This document shows positions 31,885 to 42,112 of a DNA stretch of 64,000 nt, piece after piece. The position numbers were made by a program, and so were the translations under genes. Every line of letters starts with the position of its first letter. Within the stretch, counting starts at the first letter, position 1. This DNA is from an uncultured Mycoplasmatota bacterium (GTDB taxonomy: Bacteria; Bacillota_I; Bacilli_A; RF39; UBA660). Location of the stretch: positions 1,162 to 65,161 of the forward strand of contig CANSFI010000006.1 in assembly GCA_947646095.1 (NCBI GenBank). The letters run 5' to 3'. The notes under the pieces are model-generated. The model was not told the origin of the DNA. It saw only the letters and a program-made list of their open reading frames with translations, and ran no database searches.

Positions 31885-33318
31885 CTACATTCCAATTTCA
31901 TAATCATCTTTGTCTTTATCGTTATTTTTGTTATAGTAACCATAGTTAATTGCGTCAGCAATATCTTCATAATCTTCTAAACGTTCTTTTGGTTTATCTC
32001 TATCTAAAACTTTGTCGATTGCCTTACACATTTTTTTAAATAAATTTTTCCATTTCTCAACTTCTTTTTCAAATTTTATTTTCAAATTATCAATAGTATT
32101 ATTTAAAATATCTACTAATTCACTTAATCTACCAATCTCTTGCTCTTGTTCATTGATAGTAGATTTTTGCTCCTTAATGATTTTATTTTTCTTGATTAGT
32201 TCGCTGTTATTTTTAAAAGTCTTATTTTCTTTTGTTAATTTTTCAATCATTAAATCTTTGTTATTATTATCAGTAGATAGAATAACAACTTTGTTTTCTA
32301 GTCCTTTGGTGTATTCTATAATTTTAGAAACATCATTTTCTTTGAATCCACCAAGTTTTCTTTTTATAGGATTTAGTAAATCATTATCAACCTCTTTTTC
32401 TAGGTTTTTAAGACCATTTTTGGAGTTTTCAATTATTTGTAAGGTATTTTCCTTTTCTTTGTTTAATTCTTCTAATTCAGCCTTTTTTTCGGCTATATCA
32501 TACTCTAATTTAGATTGATTTTGTTTGTTTGCTCCAATATCTCCTCGATAGAGATTAAATCCTTTTTCAGTTATAAATTTATTAAAGTCATTTTGCATTT
32601 GATGAAAAGATAATTTACCACCTTTTTGTTTCCAAAATTGATCGCAATTTAGAAATTTGCCTTTGACTTCCTCATAGACAATTTTACCTTTGCTATCACG
32701 AAGTAATTTTGGAACAATAGTAGTAGAACCATCTTTCTTTTTAACTTCTTCTTTAACAACATTCCCATCTTTGTCTTTGATATAGCATTTTCTTTTAACC
32801 ATATCTACAACAGGCAGAAAATATGCTTGAAGATGGGGTGTATCTTCATCATAGTGGATTTGTGCAAGAAGTATGTTTTCTTCACCCACATAATCTTTTA
32901 GAAATTCCATACAGGAATCAAAAAAGAAAGATACAGCATTTGGTATATCTTCCTTTGATTTGATTTTTGGTATCATAACTGCTTGACCTTTTTTATCTCC
33001 TGTATGATAAGTTCTACCACTATCTATAAATTCCATTCCTAGTGCTTGAAAAAATTCAGGACCACTCGTAAATGTTACACCATTTAATAGATTAGTTTTT
33101 GTTCTATCTAAATATTCTATTTTTCTTTTTTTTAAATTGTATTTCACTTCTTGATATAAATTATTTTGAGTAAGTGAAACATATTCTATATTATATTCTC
33201 TACGTTCTATATCATAATTACCTGTACCTTTTCGGTCTTTCATTTCTACACCGATATTATAGAGATCATCTTTTTTATATTGTGTTTCTACTCGTACAAC
33301 TTGTTTGCCATCATACAT
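31885..33318 (-). CDS. MOB_V / Pre-type relaxase
   Basis: GEENILLAQIHYDEDTPHLQAYFLP and LYRG followed by a long coiled coil. Confidence 0.85.
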   Translation of the reverse strand: MYDGKQVVRVETQYKKDDLYNIGVEMKDRKGTGNYDIERREYNIEYVSLTQNNLYQEVKYNLKKRKIEYLDRTKTNLLNGVTFTSGPEFFQALGMEFIDSGRTYHTGDKKGQAVMIPKIKSKEDIPNAVSFFFDSCMEFLKDYVGEENILLAQIHYDEDTPHLQAYFLPVVDMVKRKCYIKDKDGNVVKEEVKKKDGSTTIVPKLLRDSKGKIVYEEVKGKFLNCDQFWKQKGGKLSFHQMQNDFNKFITEKGFNLYRGDIGANKQNQSKLEYDIAEKKAELEELNKEKENTLQIIENSKNGLKNLEKEVDNDLLNPIKRKLGGFKENDVSKIIEYTKGLENKVVILSTDNNNKDLMIEKLTKENKTFKNNSELIKKNKIIKEQKSTINEQEQEIGRLSELVDILNNTIDNLKIKFEKEVEKWKNLFKKMCKAIDKVLDRDKPKERLEDYEDIADAINYGYYNKNNDKDKDDYEIGM

Positions 33319-33344
33319 TTAATTCCTCCTTTGCTCTTGCTTCT

Positions 33345-33650
33345 TTGAGGGGAAGGTCATTTATTGACCTATCTCACTAGGGCATAGCCCACGTGAGATT
33401 AGGGAACTCCCTAATAACCCCTTGCTTGTTTAATCGCAAAACACCTAAACTATCGTAAAGGTGTAATGCTTATAAACAAGATTAAATAATAAGCACCTAC
33501 TAGGTACTTATCATTTAATAAATTATGAAAGAGTAGTACTTTTCATAATTGTAAAAATATTCACTATCGCCACTTTCATTGCTTCGCAACAAAACGTGCC
33601 TCGTTCATTTTTTACCTATAACTTTTTTAAAAAAAGTTACAAAAACTTTA
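33345..33650. promoter_or_regulatory. Hairpin-rich oriT / single-strand-origin candidate
   Basis: Several inverted repeats (AGGTCA/TGACCT, ATCTCAC/GTGAGAT, TTAGGG/CCCTAA, AATTATGAAA/TTTCATAATT) directly upstream of the relaxase. Confidence 0.5.
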
Positions 33651-33657
33651 ACGAAAA

Positions 33658-34611
33658 TTATTCATTTTCGTTAATTGGTTCTTCATATTTTGCATAATAA
33701 TTACGTTTTTTCCCAACACGTTTTTCTTCAATATGAAGTCCTTCCTTTTCTAAAATATCTAGGTTTCCATTAATTAATTTCCCAAATACTGATGGAGTGA
33801 TTTGTAAGTTTAACTTGCTTGTCATTTCACTCATGGTAAAGGAAAATTCTTTTTGTTTAATCGCATAATTTAGAAAAGTTAGTATATTATAATTTAAGTC
33901 ATCGCTCTCGACTTCTGATAGTTCAAATAATAAATTTTCATTTCGCTTAAGAACTAAATCTAATCCCTCATAGTCTCTACTTTCGTAATTTAAAAGTATT
34001 TTATTCTTTATGTTGGAATCTTGTTTTAAAGTGATTTTTCCATCAACCAATCCATCAATAGCAGTACTACCTAATGAAGTATTATTTTTATTCAAGTGAT
34101 GGACTAGAAGAATAGTAAAATCATACTTTTTACATAATTCTCTAAATTTTGGGAAAACAACTTGTCCTATATCTTGATAGTTATTTAAGTCATAGCCATT
34201 GTTTAAATCAATGCCACTAAACATATCTATGATTACAAAGTGACCTTTGTAGTCATTAGAAAATGTTTGAAATTGTAGTTGTAAATCCATTAAATTTAGT
34301 TTTCTTTCACTTGGATTTTGTTCTATCATAACGAAATTATCATCATTAAATTGTAAGTTCATCTTATCAATTCTATCAACTAATTGCGTAGAATTCATTT
34401 CTGTGCTAATATATAAGACAGGAGATGGACTTGTCCTAAATCCTAAAAAATTTGTTCCTGTTGCAATAGAGTTGGCAAGTTGTAACGCCAATAATGACTT
34501 ACCAACTTTTGGTCTAGCAACAAGACAATATAATCCTTTAGATTTCATTAGGTTATCAACTATGAAGTCTTTTTTTGTTGCTTCTTTTCTCATTTCACTT
34601 ATTGTTTTCAT
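33658..34611 (-). CDS. AAA_25 / RepA-like (SF4) helicase
   Basis: ARPKVGKS, VLYISTE, VIID, LLVHH, LGSTAI. Confidence 0.8.
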   Translation of the reverse strand: MKTISEMRKEATKKDFIVDNLMKSKGLYCLVARPKVGKSLLALQLANSIATGTNFLGFRTSPSPVLYISTEMNSTQLVDRIDKMNLQFNDDNFVMIEQNPSERKLNLMDLQLQFQTFSNDYKGHFVIIDMFSGIDLNNGYDLNNYQDIGQVVFPKFRELCKKYDFTILLVHHLNKNNTSLGSTAIDGLVDGKITLKQDSNIKNKILLNYESRDYEGLDLVLKRNENLLFELSEVESDDLNYNILTFLNYAIKQKEFSFTMSEMTSKLNLQITPSVFGKLINGNLDILEKEGLHIEEKRVGKKRNYYAKYEEPINENE

Positions 34612-34624
34612 TTAAAACTCCTTT

Positions 34625-34864
34625 CTAGTTAATAACTTCTTTTGCCATTTTTTGAAGATAACTTATATTTATTTTGAGATAACTTACAACTTCATCCATA
34701 GGAAGTAATTTGTTAGGAAGTAAATAGCCTTTGTTTTCTAAATCAATTCTTATTTCATTTTTCAACTTGATAGCATTATTTTTTCCTAGCCCTGTAAGTT
34801 TTCTTAAATCATTTAGATCACACCATTGTTTTGATATTAAATTTAAAGTCTCTCTTGCATTCAT
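34625..34864 (-). CDS. Excisionase/Cro-like small DNA-binding protein
   Basis: HTH-like DLRKLTGLGKNNA; first gene of the operon divergent from the repressor. Confidence 0.55.
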   Translation of the reverse strand: MNARETLNLISKQWCDLNDLRKLTGLGKNNAIKLKNEIRIDLENKGYLLPNKLLPMDEVVSYLKINISYLQKMAKEVIN

Positions 34865-35061
34865 TGATTCACCTCTCTTTCTCTATACTATTGATGGTTT
34901 TAGTGTTACCAACAACTCCCTTTAAGGATGTATATATAGTGATTAGCCATATATGTAACGAAGATTTTAGTTAATCTACAACTCTCGTGCCAATAGAGGT
35001 ATTTTGCCTTGCATTTGTTTAACGAGTCGGCAGAGTATCGGCGATGTCCAACTCTATTTAA

Positions 35062-35074
35062 TTGTCAAAGAACT
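35062..35074 (-). promoter_or_regulatory. boxA-like antitermination site
   Basis: AGTTCTTTGACAA in the operon leader. Confidence 0.55.
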
Positions 35075-35078
35075 ATTG

Positions 35079-35192
35079 AGGTTGTAAAAATGTTAAAATT
35101 GCAACCTTTAAGTTAATAATAAATCAACAAAAATTATTTGTCAATAAAAAAGTCGCAATTTTTATTAAAAAATAACTAAAAAGTTGCAAAAA
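35079..35192. promoter_or_regulatory. Repressor operator repeats between divergent promoters
   Basis: AGGTTGTAA, TTGCAACCT, AAGTCGCAA, AAGTTGCAA. Confidence 0.5.
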
Positions 35193-35238
35193 GAATTAAA
35201 ATGTGTTATATTTATATTGCGAAAGGAGTTTTATTCGT

Positions 35239-35760
35239 ATGAAAGACAATAATGAGACTGTTGGGCAAATGATAGCTCGAGCAAGAGAAGAGAAACACTT
35301 ATCTAAAAGAGAACTTGCTAGAATTGCTAAAATAAGTGATACTGAACTTGCTAGAATTGAATCAGGAGAAAGAGAAATACCAAATCCAAAAACATTAAGA
35401 AAGATTAGTACACATATAGGAATAAACTACAATGATTTAATGTATGCAGCAGGACTAGGTTTTCAAGTAACTTCTTTAAATCCGTTTTTAATTAACTACT
35501 ACGAACATTTAAAAGGAGATCAAATTGTCGATGCCATTTTAAATACTACATCAATGATTAAAAATTGGGAAGAATTAGTAACTAATTTTAAAGAAAGATT
35601 AGAAAAGGAAAAACTAACTGATTCTGAAAGAGAGGTAATTTCACAAACGATTGAAGATACCGAATATCAAATTGAAACAGCAAAAGAAATTGTAAATGTT
35701 TTAAATAGTGCAAGAAGAAAGGAGGCAGTTGAAAATGATAAAAAAAAGCAAAAGGATTAG
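35239..35760 (+). CDS. XRE-family repressor
   Basis: LSKRELARIAKISDTELARIESGERE HTH; AAAGGAG RBS before MKDNN. Confidence 0.88.
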   Translation: MKDNNETVGQMIARAREEKHLSKRELARIAKISDTELARIESGEREIPNPKTLRKISTHIGINYNDLMYAAGLGFQVTSLNPFLINYYEHLKGDQIVDAILNTTSMIKNWEELVTNFKERLEKEKLTDSEREVISQTIEDTEYQIETAKEIVNVLNSARRKEAVENDKKKQKD

Positions 35761-36199
35761 TATAGGTGCTTTGTTAGTAAATTTGATTTTATTAACGTTG
35801 GCAATTTTGTGTACTATTTTAAAGAAAGATATATTTTATGCTTGGTATTGGATGTTGGTTACTTTAATGTTATTATTTGAAGTGTTATATGTGTTTATTT
35901 GGAGTAAAGTTGGAAGAAACCTTGATAAACATAAATCAAATACTATTAACAGATCGTTTAATGATGTAACAGCAGTATCTATCGTTTTAAGTGGTCTAAT
36001 ATATTTAGTGGTATTATTTTGTGAATTTTACAATAAGAGTATAAGTGCAAGTTCCTATGCTATATGGAGTATGTATCTTCTTATGAGTGTTGCAGTATTA
36101 TTTAATTATCTTGCAGTATATAATGCCAATAAAGAAACAAAAGAACTTGTTGAAAAAATGTTTAATAAGAAAAATGACAGGAATGACAGGAAAAAATAG
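35735..36199 (+). CDS. Four-TM membrane protein (cargo or exclusion)
   Basis: Four hydrophobic segments; AGGAGG RBS before MIKKS. Confidence 0.65.
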   Translation: MIKKSKRISIGALLVNLILLTLAILCTILKKDIFYAWYWMLVTLMLLFEVLYVFIWSKVGRNLDKHKSNTINRSFNDVTAVSIVLSGLIYLVVLFCEFYNKSISASSYAIWSMYLLMSVAVLFNYLAVYNANKETKELVEKMFNKKNDRNDRKK

Positions 36200-36235
36200 G
36201 AGTACCCCTCCCAAAATTTGCTGTCATGCTGTCAT
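36174..36235. repeat. Inverted pairs of ATGACAG iterons
   Basis: ATGACAG x2, a 31-bp spacer, then CTGTCAT x2. Confidence 0.7.
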
Positions 36236-36387
36236 AGGTATTTTAAAAGGAGCATAAAAATTGCTCCTTTTTGCATATATAATTTAACATTTTGTATATT
36301 ATTTTTATATTTGAATATACTATCACTATGAGATAGTGAGTTTAAGCTATTTTCCTTAATTTGCTGATAAAATTTATATGGTGGTAG

Positions 36388-36603
36388 ATGATGAGACTTA
36401 ATATGAAAGACTATACCAAAGGCGAGGCTATTAGAATTATACGTGAATGGACTAATCTTACTCAAAAAGACTTTGCTAAACGTATTGGAAAATCAAAGCG
36501 AACGATAGAACAATACGAAGCAGGTACAGTCAATTATGGAGTAGAGGTCTTAAAAACCATAGCCAAAGAGTTTGATATAGATATTATAATTGAGAAAAAA
36601 TGA
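36388..36603 (+). CDS. XRE HTH protein
   Basis: LTQKDFAKRIGKSKRTIEQYEAG. Confidence 0.85.
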   Translation: MMRLNMKDYTKGEAIRIIREWTNLTQKDFAKRIGKSKRTIEQYEAGTVNYGVEVLKTIAKEFDIDIIIEKK

Positions 36604-37062
36604 TTATTTAGTAATTTTAATTATACTATAATAGTCTAGCAAAATATCAAATATTGTATCTAGTGTTTTTGAAGTATCTTCTTCGTTATATTTTTGTGGT
36701 AAAGAAGAAAGAGATTTAAGCAAAGTGGTTGTTGTGTTACTACTTTGTTTATTTTTTATATCATCATTTACAATTTTAAAGCAATCTTCAATTAAGTCTT
36801 TACTAGGTTTATTGTAACAAAATGATTTATATATAATAAATTCCATATCATCATCTGTAATACTTGCTGAAAGAATATGACAGAATTTTTCATATACCCC
36901 ATTTATTATTTTATCGACAAATGGCATAAGTTCTTCTAATCGACTTTCAGGAATAATAATTCCAAAATAGCCACCTAGTGCAGTTGCTTTAAGGTCTATT
37001 AACCCTGTTAAATCATTATATGCTTGATTTACTACTTGATTGATTATGGTATTGTTATCCAT
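36604..37062 (-). CDS. Hypothetical protein
   Basis: 152-aa ORF with AAAGGAGG RBS. Confidence 0.6.
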   Translation of the reverse strand: MDNNTIINQVVNQAYNDLTGLIDLKATALGGYFGIIIPESRLEELMPFVDKIINGVYEKFCHILSASITDDDMEFIIYKSFCYNKPSKDLIEDCFKIVNDDIKNKQSSNTTTTLLKSLSSLPQKYNEEDTSKTLDTIFDILLDYYSIIKITK

Positions 37063-37190
37063 AAATCCTCCTTTCGCAATGTAGTGAAGTCACTACCATA
37101 TAAGTATAACATAATTCAGTTAGTTAGGCACAAAAGGTTGCTTATTTATGAATTTTTTTCTTCTATAATTTTTATTAGGAGAGTGATATT

Positions 37191-37427
37191 TTGAATCAGT
37201 ATGCTGACTTTAATGAAAATATTAAGGCTGTTATCTGTCAAAACATCAAAAAATATAGAAATGAAAAAGGTGTAAGATTGATGGATCTTGCTGAAAAATT
37301 AGATGTATCAGTTAATCATCTAAAACGTATTGAGTCGGCGAATGATAGAAATAACATATCACTTATGACTTTATACAAGATTTCTATAATATTAGGTGTT
37401 AGAATAGATAAATTTTTTGAAGAATAA
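37191..37427 (+). CDS. XRE HTH protein
   Basis: NIKKYRNEKGVRLMDLAEKLDVSVNHLKRIES. Confidence 0.85.
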   Translation: MNQYADFNENIKAVICQNIKKYRNEKGVRLMDLAEKLDVSVNHLKRIESANDRNNISLMTLYKISIILGVRIDKFFEE

Positions 37428-37515
37428 GAGTAGAATCGGTTTAGATTTTGCTTTTTTAATGCTATAATGTATATATCAACGTGTTATTCTAATAATAGAT
37501 TTTTGAAATGGAGGA

Positions 37516-38553
37516 GTGATTATGAAAAAAATACTATTATCAATTTTAATATGTGGGATTATGGTTTTGGGAGTTGTAGGTTGTGGAAAGAAAGAACAAG
37601 AAAACGATAAGAAAACAACAGAGGATTATGATAAGGAATTAGTGCAATGTTTAGAAAGTCAATTAGGAGGCTATCTTGTAACTGAAACAGATGATTTAAT
37701 AGAAATACCTTTAAGTGAAATAAAAAGTAATGATAAAGAAAAAATTTCCTATTATAAAGGAGTATATGCTAGTAATCATCCAAATAATATTTATGTAATG
37801 GTTTACCCAAAAAATGGGACTTATGAATCTAGTGTAATGAAAGATTTTGATAAATATTTCTATAACAAATTTTCTATATATCAAACATATGAAAGTCCTT
37901 TAACTCCTACTATTTATATTCATAATCAAGACAATGATGTTGATTTTAAAGATATTGTTAATAAGTGTGTAGTTAAGAATAGCGATGATGGTAAATCGTT
38001 TCCAAATAATACATTAGATAAAATAAATAATACTACAAAAATAGTTATAAAATCTAATCAAGAAGAATTAGGAACAATAAGTGACAAAGACAAATTAACA
38101 GAAATTTTAAATGCTATTTCAAGTAGTAAACAATATGGAGACGCGTGCTTACTTGATAATTATGCGTTTGAATTTGAAATGCATGATAACAATAATAAAT
38201 TGATTGATACAATTTATGTTTGGGGAGATGGCAATAGGTTAATTCCAAAAGACACGAAAGGTTGTTATTACTCAATATCTAATGGTACAGATTTAAGAAA
38301 AATCATTGAAAAAGAAACAAAATATATATTTTATGGCATTTTGGATTATAGAGATAATGATAATCAAAAAGAACAATTAATCTACAAAGATGATAAAAAT
38401 AGTTATTATATAAAGAGTGATGACACTAATGAAATAGCAATCAAATTTATGTTAAACAATCAAATTATGACTCTTAAATATGCTTTAGAAAACAAATATA
38501 TTTCAGCAGAAAAAGTGGCAAAAGATTATCCTGATGTATTGATAAAAAAATAG
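37516..38553 (+). CDS. Lipoprotein (cargo)
   Basis: Signal peptide with lipobox VVGC. Confidence 0.8.
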   Translation: MIMKKILLSILICGIMVLGVVGCGKKEQENDKKTTEDYDKELVQCLESQLGGYLVTETDDLIEIPLSEIKSNDKEKISYYKGVYASNHPNNIYVMVYPKNGTYESSVMKDFDKYFYNKFSIYQTYESPLTPTIYIHNQDNDVDFKDIVNKCVVKNSDDGKSFPNNTLDKINNTTKIVIKSNQEELGTISDKDKLTEILNAISSSKQYGDACLLDNYAFEFEMHDNNNKLIDTIYVWGDGNRLIPKDTKGCYYSISNGTDLRKIIEKETKYIFYGILDYRDNDNQKEQLIYKDDKNSYYIKSDDTNEIAIKFMLNNQIMTLKYALENKYISAEKVAKDYPDVLIKK

Positions 38554-38739
38554 AGTTTTATTATAGTAAATTACAAGTTGTTATTTTTGAATTTTCAGGT
38601 AGCATTTAGGTAGCAAAATTCTAAACTTTTATATTTATGATTTAATTTATTTTAATCAAAATTGGGAAAAAATAAACAAAATACAAAGAAAAATAAAGTT
38701 TTTAAAATTAAATAAACCAAAATTTAATAGCCCCCTGAA

Positions 38740-38769
38740 GAGGACATTTAACCGTGTCCTCATTTTTTT
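38740..38769 (+). terminator. Displaced original sRNA terminator at attR
   Basis: GAGGACA/TGTCCTC hairpin plus U-tract directly after the second CCCCCTGAAG. Confidence 0.7.
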
Positions 38770-39318
38770 GTCCTAAAATAAGGGGGTGCAATAAATTTTA
38801 TTTTATATTATTATATAAAGCAAAAATATTGAATTGTTTTAAATGGAAGGTGATATTATGACTGAGATTGAAGAAGATATTTTTGATATTGCTAAAATTG
38901 ATGAGATAGATATTCGTCCTAAAACAATAAATGGATTGATAAAACAGAAGGAATATAAGGAAATAATGCATAACATCAATTATGATTGGCTTTAATTACA
39001 GTTTTTTGGGGGAGATTACCAAGTTAAAATTGGTAGTCTTTTTTGAAGTATAAAAAAAACAACTCTGTACTAGCAGTTGTTATAATTTGATAATTATTGA
39101 AAGCATTTTAAATATTTCTTTTTACTATTATATGTTCGAAATATAGATTCATAATTTGTATTAAAATATTTGGTGTCTTCTTCATAAAAATACTCTGATG
39201 TGTGTTTTTTTTCTATATTTGCTCATTTCAATATGACTATTTATGAAAAAGTTATATAGTTTTTTGACTATCTTTTTATAAGTTCTTAAATGTCGTTATA
39301 ACCTTTATTTATAAGCAT

Positions 39319-40608
39319 TTAAGACATTTTTATTTTTGGAAGATGTTCACATATATTTTTATAATTTCTTATATTTTCGCTTTCAAAAGTAGTAAATTCG
39401 TAGTAAAATTGCTTTTGTTGGTTTATTCTTTCCATCTCTGCTTTAGCCGACATATAAGTAGGGTGTGTATAATAACTTAATGTCATTGTAATATTTTTAT
39501 GTCCCATGATATATTGTAATGTATGTGGGTTTATTCCATCATTAGCCCAATTAGTACAAAATGTATGTCTTAATGTATGTGGTGTCATTTTTTTAGTTAG
39601 TTTTTCTTCATGACATTTATTATACTTTTTCACAATTCGATTAAAAATACCATCGTACTCTATATTCGTTCTTGGGTTACCATTTCTATTTATAAATAAA
39701 AAACCACTATAACCATCAATAACAATCGTCTTTGTACTTTTACGATTATCTATTATACGCTTAAAAATTTCATACGCTTTGTCACTCATAGGTACTTTTC
39801 TTGTTCCACTATCGGTTTTAGTATCGTCAATATAATAACCTCGTTCGCTATTTTTTAAAAGTTGATGGTCTATATTGATTAGTCTATTTTCAAAATCTAG
39901 GTTGGTGTCTATTAGTCCACAAAATTCCGATATACGAAGTCCCGTTTCTCTTATTAAAATAATATCGTCATAATATTTAGAACAAATTTTATCATTTTCT
40001 ATAAAAGAATATAGGCTTTCTTCTTGCGTTGGTGTAAGTGGTATATTTTGTTTGGTGTCATTTTCTATTACATCATCAATTTTAAACTCAAATGGGTTTT
40101 TCCTTATGTAGTCGTCTTGTATTGCCATCTCAAACGCCGAATATAAGGAGCGCTTATCATTTTTAATTGTTTGGTAGGACATTCCTTTTTCTTTCATGCG
40201 TATAACCCATTCTTTAGCGTCCGACATCTTAACATTTTCAATAGAACAAGCACCAATTTTGTCTTCTTCTAGTAATTTCATAAGTCTATTGCGTCCTTTT
40301 ATGGTGTTATCTTTAACATTTGGTCGTTGATTATTCTTTTTAGCATATAATTGACATACACTTATTTTTTTACCTATGGTGTCGATTCCATCGCTAATGT
40401 CCTTTAAAATTTCTTGTTCCTTTTCTCTTAAAGACTTGTCGTCGCGTTTCCCGTTTGGTGTTTTATCGGTTTGTACTAACTTCCAAGCGTATATAAATTG
40501 TGGTTTGCCGAAACTATCGGTATATTTGTAAACATATCTTCCATCTTTTCTTTGGCTCTCTCCGTTATGTAAAATACGATTTTTTTTATCGCGTCTTTTT
40601 TCTATCAT
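39319..40608 (-). CDS. int: Tn916-family tyrosine integrase
   Basis: EKRRD...GESQRKDGRY N-terminal domain, TGLRISE, HTLRHTF, MGH, catalytic Y. Confidence 0.95.
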   Translation of the reverse strand: MIEKRRDKKNRILHNGESQRKDGRYVYKYTDSFGKPQFIYAWKLVQTDKTPNGKRDDKSLREKEQEILKDISDGIDTIGKKISVCQLYAKKNNQRPNVKDNTIKGRNRLMKLLEEDKIGACSIENVKMSDAKEWVIRMKEKGMSYQTIKNDKRSLYSAFEMAIQDDYIRKNPFEFKIDDVIENDTKQNIPLTPTQEESLYSFIENDKICSKYYDDIILIRETGLRISEFCGLIDTNLDFENRLINIDHQLLKNSERGYYIDDTKTDSGTRKVPMSDKAYEIFKRIIDNRKSTKTIVIDGYSGFLFINRNGNPRTNIEYDGIFNRIVKKYNKCHEEKLTKKMTPHTLRHTFCTNWANDGINPHTLQYIMGHKNITMTLSYYTHPTYMSAKAEMERINQQKQFYYEFTTFESENIRNYKNICEHLPKIKMS

Positions 40609-40684
40609 ATTTTTTTGCTCCTTTCAATAATAGAAAGAGCCTTGATATGCAACATCATTATATCACATATAAGGCTCTTTTTCA

Positions 40685-40918
40685 CTAGATTACATTTAAT
40701 GTATCAATAATTTTTTCAAATTGTTTTCTTTTTATTTGAATTCGGTTGCCGTTCATTAAAACCCAATTTGCGTTTAGATTTTCTTCTGCTAGTTTACGAA
40801 GTTTATTTTCGCCGATACGAAAATACTTTGAGGCTTCTTCAATAGTTAGCGTATATTTTTCACTTATAGGAACATATATTTCACTTGTTTTATAAGTGTC
40901 TTGATAGTTCATATTCAT
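40685..40918 (-). CDS. xis: Tn916-family excisionase
   Basis: [20 protein letters not shown]...[20 protein letters not shown] closely matches Tn916 Xis. Confidence 0.95.
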   Translation of the reverse strand: MNMNYQDTYKTSEIYVPISEKYTLTIEEASKYFRIGENKLRKLAEENLNANWVLMNGNRIQIKRKQFEKIIDTLNVI

Positions 40919-40921
40919 TGA

Positions 40922-42112
40922 TTAACCCATCTTGCTCCTTATTTCGTTCATTATTATATTTTCTTCATCATCTCTTTTTATAACCCTAATTCGTGTTAAA
41001 TCTTCTTCGCCATCTTGATAAACATAAGCCTCACCACATTTATTTATTTCTTTTATTTGTGATTTATAATCTTTCAATAACATATCTTTTTGGGTTTCTT
41101 CTAAATTTCCAAAACATACTAGAGTTCTAAATTGGTGTTTGGCGTTTGGAAATGTGTTACTATATGCCTCTTGGTCTATAATGATGGGTATGATATTTTT
41201 ACTTGCACCACTTCTTAATATTGCCCCAACTTTCTTTTGTAGTTCTTCTGCCTCTTTTTTTGGAAGTTCCGACAATAAAGTTGAGTATTCGTCTATAAGT
41301 AAGATTATAGTAGACCTATCATTTCTATTGTCTTTATTTTCTATTCTTTCCAACATAATAGAGTGAACTTTGTTTATTCCGTCAACTGCGTTCAAATACC
41401 CATAATAATTTTTGGTATCGGCTAATTCTATAAAGTCCTCATTTTTAAAATCGGCTATATAGATTTCTACTATATTATCAAAAGAAGATAATTCTTTTCC
41501 CATGTTAGCAAGTTGAATTTTTGCAAACACGGTTTTACCACTTCTCGTTTTTCCCATAATCAATTCGTTTTTTATATTACGCAAGAAACTATCTTCCGAA
41601 AAGCCATACTCTTTAGGTTTTAGATACTTCATAGGTGTACCATAAATAAGCACATATTTAGTTGTTCTAGGTGCGTATGTAATATAATCAATTTTAATAT
41701 TATATACAGTTTCTAAATCGTCTTGTTTGTCTTGAAATCCCGTAAGTGGTACATTTCTTGTTTCTAATTTAATTACAATTCTATTATCTTTTGTCTTATC
41801 TTTAAATATTTTCTTTTGTCGTGGATATTCTCCGATAGAATTTTTAAGTCCTATATTTACTATTCCTTTATTATTCTTTCTAGGGTTTATTAACTTAATT
41901 ATAATTGCTATTAAAATAATCGTTAAAACTGCACCTAGACCAAATACATAAACATAATATTGTATAGAGTTTTGTTTCACTTTCATTAAATCTAGTAGAA
42001 CATATTCTTTACAATGCCATACTAATTGTGCTAATACTATGTATAATTCTACAATTATAACCTTAATGTAATTTATCTTTTTTAATATATTCATTATTTT
42101 ATTTTTCTTCAT
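40922..42112 (-). CDS. FtsK/SpoIIIE (TcpA-like) coupling ATPase
   Basis: Two N-terminal TM segments, Walker A GKTRSGKT, ADFK, Walker B LLIDE. Confidence 0.8.
   Translation of the reverse strand: MKKNKIMNILKKINYIKVIIVELYIVLAQLVWHCKEYVLLDLMKVKQNSIQYYVYVFGLGAVLTIILIAIIIKLINPRKNNKGIVNIGLKNSIGEYPRQKKIFKDKTKDNRIVIKLETRNVPLTGFQDKQDDLETVYNIKIDYITYAPRTTKYVLIYGTPMKYLKPKEYGFSEDSFLRNIKNELIMGKTRSGKTVFAKIQLANMGKELSSFDNIVEIYIADFKNEDFIELADTKNYYGYLNAVDGINKVHSIMLERIENKDNRNDRSTIILLIDEYSTLLSELPKKEAEELQKKVGAILRSGASKNIIPIIIDQEAYSNTFPNAKHQFRTLVCFGNLEETQKDMLLKDYKSQIKEINKCGEAYVYQDGEEDLTRIRVIKRDDEENIIMNEIRSKMG

Larger units (their letters stand above)
30301..38740. mobile_element. Integrative mobilizable element 1 (tyrosine integrase, MOB_V relaxase, AAA helicase)
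   Basis: Direct repeat CCCCCTGAAG at 30301-30310 and 38731-38740; paired (T/C)AGGTAGCA arm-like repeats at ~30391-30411 and ~38596-38615. Confidence 0.85.

Noticed and set aside
38858-38995. 45-aa ORF between the two elements
   Set aside because: Has an RBS-like sequence but no motif and degraded downstream sequence; cannot assign it
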